Made by a program: the position numbers and the translations under genes
NCBI GenBank assembly: GCA_963702075.1
Contig: OY969703.1
Location: forward strand, 2,528,203-2,592,202
DNA from: an uncultured Actinomycetes bacterium
Lineage (GTDB): Bacteria > Actinomycetota > Thermoleophilia > Solirubrobacterales > 70-9
DNA length: 64,000 nt
Direction: 5' to 3'
Notes under the pieces: generated by a model
Databases searched by the model: none
What the model was told of the DNA's origin: nothing
Seen by the model: the letters and a program-made list of their open reading frames with translations, nothing else
Shown: piece after piece, positions 28,583 to 36,664 of the stretch
Layout of the letters: each line of letters opens with the position of its first letter
How positions within the stretch are numbered: the stretch's first letter is position 1

Positions 28583-30175
28583 TCATACCGGCATCACGCC
28601 GTGGCGTTTCTTCGGCTTCTCGACGTGCTTGTTGCGGGCCATCCGCAGCGCCTTGGCGATCGTCGGACGGGTCTCGCGCGGGTCGATGATGTCGTCGATC
28701 ACCGCGTTGCCGGCGGCGATGTACGGATCAATCTGCTGGCGAACCGCGTTCAGCATCGCCTCGCGGGTCGCCTCCGGATCCTCGGAGGCCTCGATCGCCG
28801 AGCGGCCGATGATTTCGACCGCGCCCTCGGCCCCCATCACCGAGATCTCCGCCCCCGGCCATGCGACGATCAGGTCGGGCTCGTAGGCCTTGCCGCACAT
28901 CACGTAGTAGCCGGCGCCGTAGGCCTTGCGGACGACGACGGTCACCTTCGGCACGGTGGCGCGGCTGACCGCGTAGAGCATCTTCGCCCCGTGGCGGATG
29001 ATCCCGGCGTGCTCGACTTTCGAGCCGACCATGAAGCCGGGGACGTCCTGGAGGAAGACAAGCGGGATGTTGAAGGCGTCGCAGAGGTTGATGAAGCGCG
29101 CCGCCTTGTCAGCCGAGTCGTTGTCGAGGACGCCGGCCAGCTGCTTCGGCTGGTTGGCGACGATCCCCGCCGGCTGGCCGCCGAAGCGGGCAAAGCAGGT
29201 GATCACGTTCTTCGCGAACTTCGGCTTCAGGTCGAACCAGTCGCCGTCGTCGACGATCTCGCGGATCACGTCGTACATGTCGTACGGCTGCCGCGGCGAC
29301 TCCGGCACGATCTCCATCAGCTTCTCGGAGGCTCGCTCGATCGGGTCGCTGACGTCGACGACGGGCGGCCGCTCCTCGCAGTTGCCCGGGAAGTAGGAGA
29401 GGTACTTGCGGACCGAGGCGATGCACTCCTCGTCGTCGGCGACCTCGAGGTCGCCGACGCCGGATTTGCGGCAGTGGACCTTGGCGCCGCCGAGGTCCTC
29501 CATCGAGATCTCCTCGCCGGTCACGGCTTTGGTCAGGTGCGGGCCGGCGAGCGCCATCGCCCCCTGGCCGGAGACCATCGGCACGAAGTCCGAGAGCGCC
29601 GGGATGTAGGCGGTGCCGGCGGCACACGGCCCCATCATCGCCGCCACCATCGGGATCACACCGGACATTTCCACCTCCTCGCGGAAGAGGTGGCCGGAGC
29701 CGGCGAAGAGCGAGCCCGCCGCCTCCTGGATGCGGGCGCCGGCCGAGTCGAGCAGCCAGACGAACGGCATCCGCTTCTGCAGCGCCATCTCGCGCAGCCG
29801 GGTGACCTTGAGCTCGCCGGTCATCCCCATCGAGCCGGCCATCACCGTGAAGTCGTAGGCGGCGATGCAGGTGGCGCGGCCGTCGACGTCGCCCCAACCG
29901 GTGACGACGCCGTCAGCCGGTGCCTCGACTCCGTCCATCGCCCGCTGGGCGAAGTGCGGGCGACCGTGGATGCCCATCTCGACGAAGGTACCCTCGTCGA
30001 CCAGCAGGTCGATCCGCTCGCGGGCGGTGAGCTTGCCGCGATCGTGCTGCTTGGCGATCTTCTCCTCGCCGCCGCCGAGCTTCGCCTTGGCGCGGCGCTC
30101 GTGCATCTGGGCGGTCAGATCGGCCAGGGAGGCGGTGCCGGGAAGCAGGTTCGGGGACTTCTCCTCGGTCGCCAC
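28583..30175 (-). CDS. acyl-CoA carboxylase carboxyltransferase (beta) subunit
   Basis: 530 aa from the GTG at 30175, which overlaps the upstream stop by 1 nt. GKLTARERIDLLVDEGTFVEMG...AYDFTVMAGSMG... shows the two-lobe CT architecture. The N-terminal 67 codons of the track ORF were rejected. Confidence 0.85.
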   Translation of the reverse strand: MATEEKSPNLLPGTASLADLTAQMHERRAKAKLGGGEEKIAKQHDRGKLTARERIDLLVDEGTFVEMGIHGRPHFAQRAMDGVEAPADGVVTGWGDVDGRATCIAAYDFTVMAGSMGMTGELKVTRLREMALQKRMPFVWLLDSAGARIQEAAGSLFAGSGHLFREEVEMSGVIPMVAAMMGPCAAGTAYIPALSDFVPMVSGQGAMALAGPHLTKAVTGEEISMEDLGGAKVHCRKSGVGDLEVADDEECIASVRKYLSYFPGNCEERPPVVDVSDPIERASEKLMEIVPESPRQPYDMYDVIREIVDDGDWFDLKPKFAKNVITCFARFGGQPAGIVANQPKQLAGVLDNDSADKAARFINLCDAFNIPLVFLQDVPGFMVGSKVEHAGIIRHGAKMLYAVSRATVPKVTVVVRKAYGAGYYVMCGKAYEPDLIVAWPGAEISVMGAEGAVEIIGRSAIEASEDPEATREAMLNAVRQQIDPYIAAGNAVIDDIIDPRETRPTIAKALRMARNKHVEKPKKRHGVMPV

Positions 30176-30978
30176 TAGCGTCCTTTCCACTGCGGGTCGC
30201 GTTTCTCGAAGAAGGCGGTGACCCCCTCGACGATGTCCTCGGTGGTGAAGGTGAGCGAGAGCTGCGAGCGCAGGAACTCGAGCGCGTCGTCGAGCGCCAT
30301 GTCCTGCTGGCGGTACATCGCGTCGTGGCCGAGCCGCATCAGCACCGGGCTCTTCGAGGCGAGCTTGGCCGCCCACTCGGAGACCGCCGCGTTGAACTCC
30401 CCCGCCGGGACCACCTTATTGGCGAGCCCGTACTCGACCGCCTGCTCGGCCGAGAGCCGCTCGCCCAGCAGCATCATCTCGTTGACCTTCTTGCGCGGGA
30501 CGTTGCGGTAGATGATCGACATGATCATGTAGGGGAAGGCGCCGACGTTGATCTCCGGCGTGCCGAAAGTCGCGCCCTCCTTGGCGATCACCAGGTCGCA
30601 GGAGAGGGCGAGGCCCATCCCGCCGGCGAGCACGTGGCCGTTGGCGGCGCAAAGCGACGGCTTCCCCAGGCGCGGCATCAACCGGAAGAACTCGAGGAAG
30701 AGGTCGGAGGCGAAGTGTTTGGCGACCAGCGGCGCGTCGGCGGCGAAGCCGCCGAGGTCGGCGCCGGCGCAGAAGACCTTCTCCCCCGCCCCCGTCAGCA
30801 CGACCGCCCGCACCTCATCGGAGGCTTTGGCGAGCTTCATCGCCTCGACCAGCTCGCTCAGCATCTGGCCGGAGAGCATGTTGCGCTTCTCCGGGTCGTT
30901 CAGGGTCACCGTGGCGACGCCGTCGGCCACCGCGTAGGCGACTTTCTCGCCGCTCCACTGAGGATCTCCTTGGGCCAT
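30175..30978 (-). CDS. enoyl-CoA hydratase/isomerase (crotonase) family protein
   Basis: 267 aa from the ATG at 30978. VVLTGAGEKVFCAGADLG...ANGHVLAGGMGLALSCDLVIA...FFEKRDPQWKGR is crotonase-like. The rest of the 836-aa track ORF is antisense shadow of the ACAD gene. Confidence 0.85.
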   Translation of the reverse strand: MAQGDPQWSGEKVAYAVADGVATVTLNDPEKRNMLSGQMLSELVEAMKLAKASDEVRAVVLTGAGEKVFCAGADLGGFAADAPLVAKHFASDLFLEFFRLMPRLGKPSLCAANGHVLAGGMGLALSCDLVIAKEGATFGTPEINVGAFPYMIMSIIYRNVPRKKVNEMMLLGERLSAEQAVEYGLANKVVPAGEFNAAVSEWAAKLASKSPVLMRLGHDAMYRQQDMALDDALEFLRSQLSLTFTTEDIVEGVTAFFEKRDPQWKGR

Positions 30979-31080
30979 CGGCGGGCACGATAGCACCGAA
31001 CTGAAAGTAGGAAGTGCTACTGTCCACTTCGCATTCGGGGGACCGGAGCGGTCCCGCAATTTCACCAGAGGAGAGAGATA

Positions 31081-32295
31081 GTGGCGACCGCGACCAACGA
31101 CTCCAGCGTCATCAAGCCCGACCACGCAGCAGGGCGCAAGCACTTCATCTTCAGCCAGGAGCACGAAGACCTGCGCGAGTCGATGGAGTCGTGGGTGAAA
31201 AAGGAGATGTGGCCTCACCGCAACGAATGGGAGGACACCTACTGGCCGAGCGAGAAGATGAAGCGCGCCGGCGAGCTTGGCTTCCTCGGCCTCTGCTTCC
31301 CGGAGGAGTACGGCGGCCAGGGCGGCGACTACTTCTACTCGCTGGTCCGGGCCGAGTGCATGAGCTACTCCGGCTCCGGCGGCACCAACATGGGCTTCGC
31401 GGTCCAGACCGACATGGTCCTCCCCCCCATCCACCTGCTCGGCAGCGAGGAGCAGAAGAAGAAGTACCTCGAACCGGGGCTGAAGGGCGAGAAGATCGGC
31501 GCGCTGGGAATCACCGAGCCGGGCGCCGGCTCCGATGTCGCCGGGATCCGCACCACGGCGATCCGCGACGGCGACGAATACGTGATCAACGGCTCCAAGA
31601 CCTTCATCACCAACGGGCCGCGGGCCGACTTCATCGTCCTCGTCTGCAAGACCGACCCGAGCGAGCGCCACGCCGGCATCACCCTCTTCGTCGTCGACCT
31701 GCGCGACGAGAACGGCGAGAAGGTCCCCGGCTTCACCGTCTCCGCCGAGCTGGAGAAGATGGGGATGCACGCCTCCGACACCGGCGAACTCGCCTTCGAA
31801 GACGTCCGCGTCCCCGCCGACGCCGTGCTCGGCGAGGTCGGCAAGGGCTTCTACCACATCGCCTGGGAGCTCCAGGGCGAGCGGCTGGTCGCCGCGGCCG
31901 GCTCCCACGCCGGCTGCGAACGGATGATCGAGAAGACCCTCGAGTACGCGAAGGAGCGGGAAGCCTTCGGGCGCTCGATCGGCAAGTTCCAGGCGATCCG
32001 CCACAAGTTCGCCGAGATGGCGACCAAGACCGAGGCGGCGAAGCAGTTCACCTACGCGACCGCCTGGCGCTTCGGCAACGGCGAGTACCCGGTGCGCGAG
32101 ATCACGATGGCCAAGCTCTTCTCCTCCCGCATCGCCTGCGAGGTCGCCGACGACTGCATCCAGATCCTCGGCGGCTACGGCTACATGAAGGAGTACGAGA
32201 TCGAGCGCGCCTACCGCGACGTCCGCCTCAACCGCATCGGCGCCGGCACCGACGAGGTGATGCTCGACGTGATCGGGCGGAGCTACGGGCTGTAG
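31081..32295 (+). CDS. acyl-CoA dehydrogenase
   Basis: 404 aa from a GTG start. GALGITEPGAGSDVAGIRTTA...FITNGPRADF...QILGGYGYMKEYEIERAYRDVRLNRIGAGTDEV is an ACAD signature. Confidence 0.9.
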   Translation: MATATNDSSVIKPDHAAGRKHFIFSQEHEDLRESMESWVKKEMWPHRNEWEDTYWPSEKMKRAGELGFLGLCFPEEYGGQGGDYFYSLVRAECMSYSGSGGTNMGFAVQTDMVLPPIHLLGSEEQKKKYLEPGLKGEKIGALGITEPGAGSDVAGIRTTAIRDGDEYVINGSKTFITNGPRADFIVLVCKTDPSERHAGITLFVVDLRDENGEKVPGFTVSAELEKMGMHASDTGELAFEDVRVPADAVLGEVGKGFYHIAWELQGERLVAAAGSHAGCERMIEKTLEYAKEREAFGRSIGKFQAIRHKFAEMATKTEAAKQFTYATAWRFGNGEYPVREITMAKLFSSRIACEVADDCIQILGGYGYMKEYEIERAYRDVRLNRIGAGTDEVMLDVIGRSYGL

Positions 32296-32301
32296 GGATC
32301 G

Positions 32302-32724
32302 ATGACCGGGGCCGAGCGGGTCCGCGCCTACTACGAGGCCCTGAACAAGGGCGACGCCGAGGCGGTCTCCGCCCACTTCACCGAGAACGCGGTCCATTAC
32401 TACACGCGCCTCGGACCGCACGAGGGAGCAGAGACGATCGGCCGCTACGCCGCCTTCGGCGTCGAGCAGATCGACGCCCAGTGGCACCTCGAGAACCTGA
32501 TCGAGCAGGGCGACCAGGTGGCGATCGAGTGGACGATGACCTGGCGCGACCCGGAGAAGGGCGAGCGGCGGCTCGACCGCGGGGCCGAGTTCTTCCTGAT
32601 CCGCGACGGCAGGATCGCCGAGGTCCGCGCCTACCACCACGGCGGCAAGAAGAACCCGCAGGGCGACCTGCTCGGCTTCGACCACGAGGGCCGCGGCTAC
32701 ACGATGCTCGAGGACGCGGGATGA
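32302..32724 (+). CDS. SnoaL-like / NTF2-fold protein
   Basis: 140 aa. RVRAYYEALNKGDAEAVSAHFTENAVHYY is a typical SnoaL polyketide-cyclase-like N-terminus. Confidence 0.7.
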   Translation: MTGAERVRAYYEALNKGDAEAVSAHFTENAVHYYTRLGPHEGAETIGRYAAFGVEQIDAQWHLENLIEQGDQVAIEWTMTWRDPEKGERRLDRGAEFFLIRDGRIAEVRAYHHGGKKNPQGDLLGFDHEGRGYTMLEDAG

Positions 32725-33899
32725 CCGTCGTCAAGGACAGCGGCGCCCGCGCCACCCTGCCGCCCTTCGGCGAGGAGCATGAGGAGCTGCGCCAGACCGT
32801 CGCCCGCTTCGTCGCCAACGAGATCGGGCCCCACGTCGACGAGTGGGAGGCGGCGCGGGAATTCCCCCGCGAGCTGTTCGGCCGCTGCGCCGAGCTCGGC
32901 TTCCTCGGGCTGAAGTTTCCGGAGGAGCTCGGCGGCCAGGGCGGCACCCATCTTCACGACGCGGTCTGGGTCGAGGAGCTGGCCCGCTCCGGTGGCTCCG
33001 GCGGCGTCGCCGCCGGGCTCAACGCCCACGCCTCGATCGCGATGCCGCCGATCTTCAAGTTCGGCACCGAGGAGCAGAAGCAGCGCTGGCTGCCCGCCGG
33101 GATCGCCGGCGAGAAGATCGGCGCCCTCGGGATCACCGAGCCCGGCGCCGGCTCCGACGTCGCCTCGCTCGCCACCACCGCCGTGCGCCACGGCGACGCT
33201 TACGTCGTCAACGGCGCCAAGACCTTCATCACCAACGGCGTTCGCGCCGACTTCCTCGTCTGCGCCTGCAAAACCCGCGAGGAGGGCGGTCACGGCGGCA
33301 TCTCCTTCCTCGTCCTCGAGCGGGAGATGCCCGGCTACGAGGTCAGCCGCAAGCTGGAGAAGATGGGCTGGCACTCCTCCGACACCGGCGAAATCTCCTT
33401 CACCGACGTCGAGGTTCCGGCCGAGAACCTGCTCGGCGAGGAGAACGGCGGCTTCAAGCTGATCATGGCCAACTTCGCCTGGGAGCGGCTGCTGATGGCG
33501 ATCGGCGCTGTCGGGGCGATGCAGCGCCTGATCGAGATCACCGTCGCCTTCGCGCTCGAGCGCGAAGCCTTCGGCCGCCCGATCGGCAAGTTCCAGGCGA
33601 TCCGCCACCAAGTCGCCGAGATGGCAACCAAGGCCGAGGCCTCCCGCGCTCTCACCTACAACGGCCTCCGCCTCTTCCACGAAGGCCAGGACTGCATCCA
33701 GGAGGTCTCGATGGCCAAGCTCATAACCCAGCGTGCCGTCCTCGAGATCGCCGACCAGGCCCTCCAGATCCACGGCGGCTACGGCTACATGCGCGAGTAC
33801 GGCATCGAGCGCGCGGTCCGCGACGCCCGCCTCGGCCCGATCGGCGGCGGCACCGACGAGATCATGAAGGAGATCATCGGCAAGACGATGGGTCTCTAG
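32721..33899 (+). CDS. acyl-CoA dehydrogenase (second copy)
   Basis: 392 aa from the ATG at 32721, which overlaps the SnoaL stop (ATGA). GALGITEPGAGSDVASLATTA...QIHGGYGYMREYGIERAVRDARLGPIGGGTDEI is an ACAD signature. Confidence 0.9.
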   Translation: MTVVKDSGARATLPPFGEEHEELRQTVARFVANEIGPHVDEWEAAREFPRELFGRCAELGFLGLKFPEELGGQGGTHLHDAVWVEELARSGGSGGVAAGLNAHASIAMPPIFKFGTEEQKQRWLPAGIAGEKIGALGITEPGAGSDVASLATTAVRHGDAYVVNGAKTFITNGVRADFLVCACKTREEGGHGGISFLVLEREMPGYEVSRKLEKMGWHSSDTGEISFTDVEVPAENLLGEENGGFKLIMANFAWERLLMAIGAVGAMQRLIEITVAFALEREAFGRPIGKFQAIRHQVAEMATKAEASRALTYNGLRLFHEGQDCIQEVSMAKLITQRAVLEIADQALQIHGGYGYMREYGIERAVRDARLGPIGGGTDEIMKEIIGKTMGL

Positions 33900-33925
33900 A
33901 CGCCCCAATTCCGAACTCGCAACAT

Positions 33926-33988
33926 TTGTCACCCGTGCGAGATACCCATTCGTACCAATCTATGGCATGCTATGGGCACGGGTGACAA
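33926..33988. promoter_or_regulatory. 13-bp perfect inverted repeat TTGTCACCCGTGC / GCACGGGTGACAA (37-nt spacer), with a third half-site at 34006-34015
   Basis: Read directly from the sequence between the ACAD stop and the HxlR-like regulator gene. The third copy TGTCACCCGG lies 36 nt before the ATG. Confidence 0.35.
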
Positions 33989-34050
33989 GGCTGCTAGGTA
34001 CCTCCTGTCACCCGGAAGCTCGTTAGCTAGTTCAGGAGAGGGGCCTCTAT

Positions 34051-35004
34051 ATGACACGGACGGGAGCACGTGCATTGACGGTGCTGGCTGCGCCACTCCA
34101 CGTGCACATCCTCAAGGCGCTCGAGGAGGGACCCAAGGGGCTCCTCGATCTCCATCGCGCGGTTGGCTCGCCACCCCAGAGCACGATGCGCGTCTACACG
34201 CGAACACTCGAGGAGTTGGGGGTGCTCGAAAGGCGGCGCCAGAACGAATTTCCGGCGACCGCCGAGTATTCGATAACCCCGGCGGGAGAATCTCTGCTGG
34301 AGGTCGCGGGCCTCTTGCAGGAGTGGCTGTTGACTGCGCCAAACGGGCCGATCCTGCTCGGGAGCATGGCAGCCAAGAGCGGAGTCAAGGCGTTGGTCGG
34401 TGGTTGGTCCTCCCACATCGTCCGGGCCGTCGCGGCACGGGCCCTCTCGCTGACCGAACTCAACGTATTGATCCCCAAGATCAGCTACCCGAGCCTCGAG
34501 CGCAAGCTCAGCGCGATGAGAAGCGCGAGCCTGGTCGAACCGCAGCCCGGCAGCGGTCGCGGCACCCCATGCGGACCCACGGTCTGGCTGCGCCAGGCGA
34601 TGATTCCTCTCGCCTCCGCCTCGGCGTGGGAGCGGAAGTTCGCCTCCGAGTCGGCAACCCCTATAGGCCGCCTCGATGTCGAGGCGGCACTCCTGCTGTC
34701 TCTCCCGCTGATCGAGCTTGACCCCGGGCACAGCGGTCGCTGTCGGCTGTCGGTCGAGATACGGGGAGGCTCCTCCCCCGCCATGGCTGGAGCAATCGTG
34801 GCAATCGAGGAAGGCAAGGTCGTCTCCTGCACCTCTCGCCTGGATGGCGACGTCCAGGCGTCTGCCTCGGGCAGCGCCCTTGCCTGGATGCGCCAAATGA
34901 ACGGCGGACCCTCGGGCCAGCTCGAGATGGGCGGCGACCTGTCTCTTTCGATGGCGGTCACCAATGCGCTGAGGGAACTTCGAGGCGCTTTGTCCCCGAA
35001 TTGA
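34051..35004 (+). CDS. transcriptional regulator with two HxlR-type winged-helix domains plus an SCP2-like C-terminal domain
   Basis: 317 aa. The first wHTH is HILKALEEGPKGLLDLHRAVGSPPQSTMRVYTRTLEELGVLERR...EYSITPAG. The second, degenerate copy is at about aa 120-200. The C-terminus ...LEMGGDLSLSMAV is SCP2-like. Confidence 0.5.
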   Translation: MTRTGARALTVLAAPLHVHILKALEEGPKGLLDLHRAVGSPPQSTMRVYTRTLEELGVLERRRQNEFPATAEYSITPAGESLLEVAGLLQEWLLTAPNGPILLGSMAAKSGVKALVGGWSSHIVRAVAARALSLTELNVLIPKISYPSLERKLSAMRSASLVEPQPGSGRGTPCGPTVWLRQAMIPLASASAWERKFASESATPIGRLDVEAALLLSLPLIELDPGHSGRCRLSVEIRGGSSPAMAGAIVAIEEGKVVSCTSRLDGDVQASASGSALAWMRQMNGGPSGQLEMGGDLSLSMAVTNALRELRGALSPN

Positions 35005-35259
35005 CGCCTTCGCGAATCGAAACGCGTCGGCGCGCAGAAATCTGCTCTTTGCAGGGAGATCACACTCCCTGCCATGCACCTCGACGGTCGACCCAGCTGA
35101 CTTCACCTGAAGATTTGGAAGCCCACGCCCAATCGGGTCTGATGGATCTCGAGGTACTTCCTACGACATAGAGGTGCTTCATTATTTCTCCTGAGAGGGC
35201 GGCGCCGACGAAGTGCCGCCCTCTATTTGTTCAGCGGACTAGGGACTAGAGTCCTCGGC

Positions 35260-35769
35260 ATGCGTTCCGGTGGAACGGTGCGGTGCGTGGATCCCCGGGC
35301 CTCACGCGGTCCGGTCTACCGCTGGTTCGCCCGTTTCTCGGCCTCGCGCTTCGGCTTCTGGCTGTCGCGCAACATCAGCTGGAAAGTCGACCCCTACCTG
35401 CTTCGCATGACCGGGGGACGGATCGGAACCGGGCTGATCATCCCCACCGGGCTACTGGAAACGCGCGGGGCACGGTCGGGGCAGCTTCGACGCAACGGGG
35501 TCATCTACTTTCACGATGGCGAGAAGGTGACGATCGTCGCCTCCAAGGCCGGTGCCCCCGAGCACCCCGCCTGGTTCCACAACGCCCGCGCCCACCCCGA
35601 CGTCCGCTTCGGGGGCCAGCCGTTCCGCGCCGAGGTGGTCGAAGACGATGGTGAGCGGACTCGGATCTGGGGGCTCGCCGACCAGGTGTTCCCGCCCTTC
35701 GCCGACTATCGCGAGCGCGCCGGGCGCAGCGGTCGCACGATCCCGATCCTGCAGCTGGTCCCTCGCTGA
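35260..35769 (+). CDS. deazaflavin (F420)-dependent nitroreductase family protein (DDN/DUF385)
   Basis: GLLETRGARSGQLRRNGVIYFHDGEKVTIVASKAGAPEHPAWFHNARAHPDV...IPILQLVPR is a DDN signature. A TTG at 35227 is an alternative start. Confidence 0.8.
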   Translation: MRSGGTVRCVDPRASRGPVYRWFARFSASRFGFWLSRNISWKVDPYLLRMTGGRIGTGLIIPTGLLETRGARSGQLRRNGVIYFHDGEKVTIVASKAGAPEHPAWFHNARAHPDVRFGGQPFRAEVVEDDGERTRIWGLADQVFPPFADYRERAGRSGRTIPILQLVPR

Positions 35770-35782
35770 TCGGGCGCGGCGC

Positions 35783-36511
35783 TCAGCGGCGGGGGCCGGT
35801 GTTGCAGCCGTGGTCCCTGCCCCAGCCGCGTTGGCCGTTGCAGTAGTCGAAGCCGGGGCCCCCGTAGAGCTGATCGGCGGCGCGGCCGCCGTAGAGACGG
35901 TCGTTACCGGCGCCGCCATGGCAGCCGTCCTGGCCCGGGCCCATGATGCAGATGTCGCGGCCGGGGCCGCCCCAGCAGCCGTCGCTGCCGGCGCCGTGGT
36001 GGCAGAAATCGTTGCCGCGGCCGCCGACGCAGTCGCTGTTGCGGTTGCCGGTGATGCAGACGTCGTTGTTGCCCCCGCCGATGCAGCGGTTGCGGCGAGA
36101 GCCTTCGGAGAAGCAGATGTCCCGCTCGCCTTTGCCGACGAACTTGTCCGAGCCGCGGCCGAGGTGGACGACCAGGGGCAGGGGCAGGGTCCTCGTCACC
36201 TTGACCATGTCGCCCTTCGGCCCCATCTTGACTTCGATCGCACCGACGCCGCGAGTCGAGCAGACGGCCTTGCGGTGGCCGCGGGTGAAGTGGCAGCCGC
36301 GTGGGTGGTGGTGGGCCATGTTGCCCTTGACCACGAGCTTGTTGTGGCCGCGCGGGTGCAGCCTCAGCGTCGACCCCTTGTGGGAGCCGAAGATGACGAT
36401 TTTGGAGACAGACGTGGCGGCGGACGGAAGTGCCAGGAGGGCCACTACCGCGACCAAGCCGACCAGCAGCCTGCGGCCAGGGGGCAAACGCATCGGGCGC
36501 ATATTAATCAT
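35783..36511 (-). CDS. secreted protein with Cys-substituted RTX-like (GGxGxDxCx) calcium-binding repeats
   Basis: 242 aa. The signal peptide is LLVGLVAVVALLALPSAATS. Six repeats read GNNDVCITG / NRNSDCVGG / RGNDFCHHG / AGSDGCWGG / PGRDICIMG / PGQDGCHGG. Canonical GAGNDRLYGGRAADQLYGG follows. Confidence 0.6.
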   Translation of the reverse strand: MINMRPMRLPPGRRLLVGLVAVVALLALPSAATSVSKIVIFGSHKGSTLRLHPRGHNKLVVKGNMAHHHPRGCHFTRGHRKAVCSTRGVGAIEVKMGPKGDMVKVTRTLPLPLVVHLGRGSDKFVGKGERDICFSEGSRRNRCIGGGNNDVCITGNRNSDCVGGRGNDFCHHGAGSDGCWGGPGRDICIMGPGQDGCHGGAGNDRLYGGRAADQLYGGPGFDYCNGQRGWGRDHGCNTGPRR

Positions 36512-36605
36512 GTGTATCGGCTAACAAAACGGAGACCTGAAGATCACACGCCGAATTTCCCGCATTTGGAGCAGAAAGATGATCTATTGCCCGGACGCAG
36601 CGAGG

Positions 36606-36642
36606 GCGAGGGGGCACCGAAGCGCTGCTGGCGCCCCCTCGC
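36606..36642 (-). terminator. GC-rich hairpin (10-bp stem, no U-tract) 23 nt downstream of the 1224-aa gene stop; possible I-shaped terminator
   Basis: GCGAGGGGGC (36606-36615) is complementary to GCCCCCTCGC (36633-36642). Confidence 0.3.
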
Positions 36643-36664
36643 GAGGCAGGCTTTTCTGGCTCCC

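Noticed and set aside
30979-32685. N-terminal 569 codons of the 836-aa minus-strand ORF (30175-32685)
   Set aside because: Only the last 267 codons (from the ATG at 30978) look like a crotonase. The remainder is antisense to the acyl-CoA dehydrogenase and SnoaL genes and has shadow-frame composition.
35060-35224. 40-aa minus-strand ORF (35060-35182, MKHLYVVGSTSRSIRPDWAWASKSSGEVSWVDRRGAWQGV) with a perfect AGGAG SD, next to a 10-bp hairpin (35194-35224)
   Set aside because: The ribosome-binding site is attractive. However, the peptide has no recognisable features, the region is otherwise non-coding, and the hairpin followed by ATTTGTT reads equally well as a weak plus-strand terminator. A single sequence is not enough evidence.
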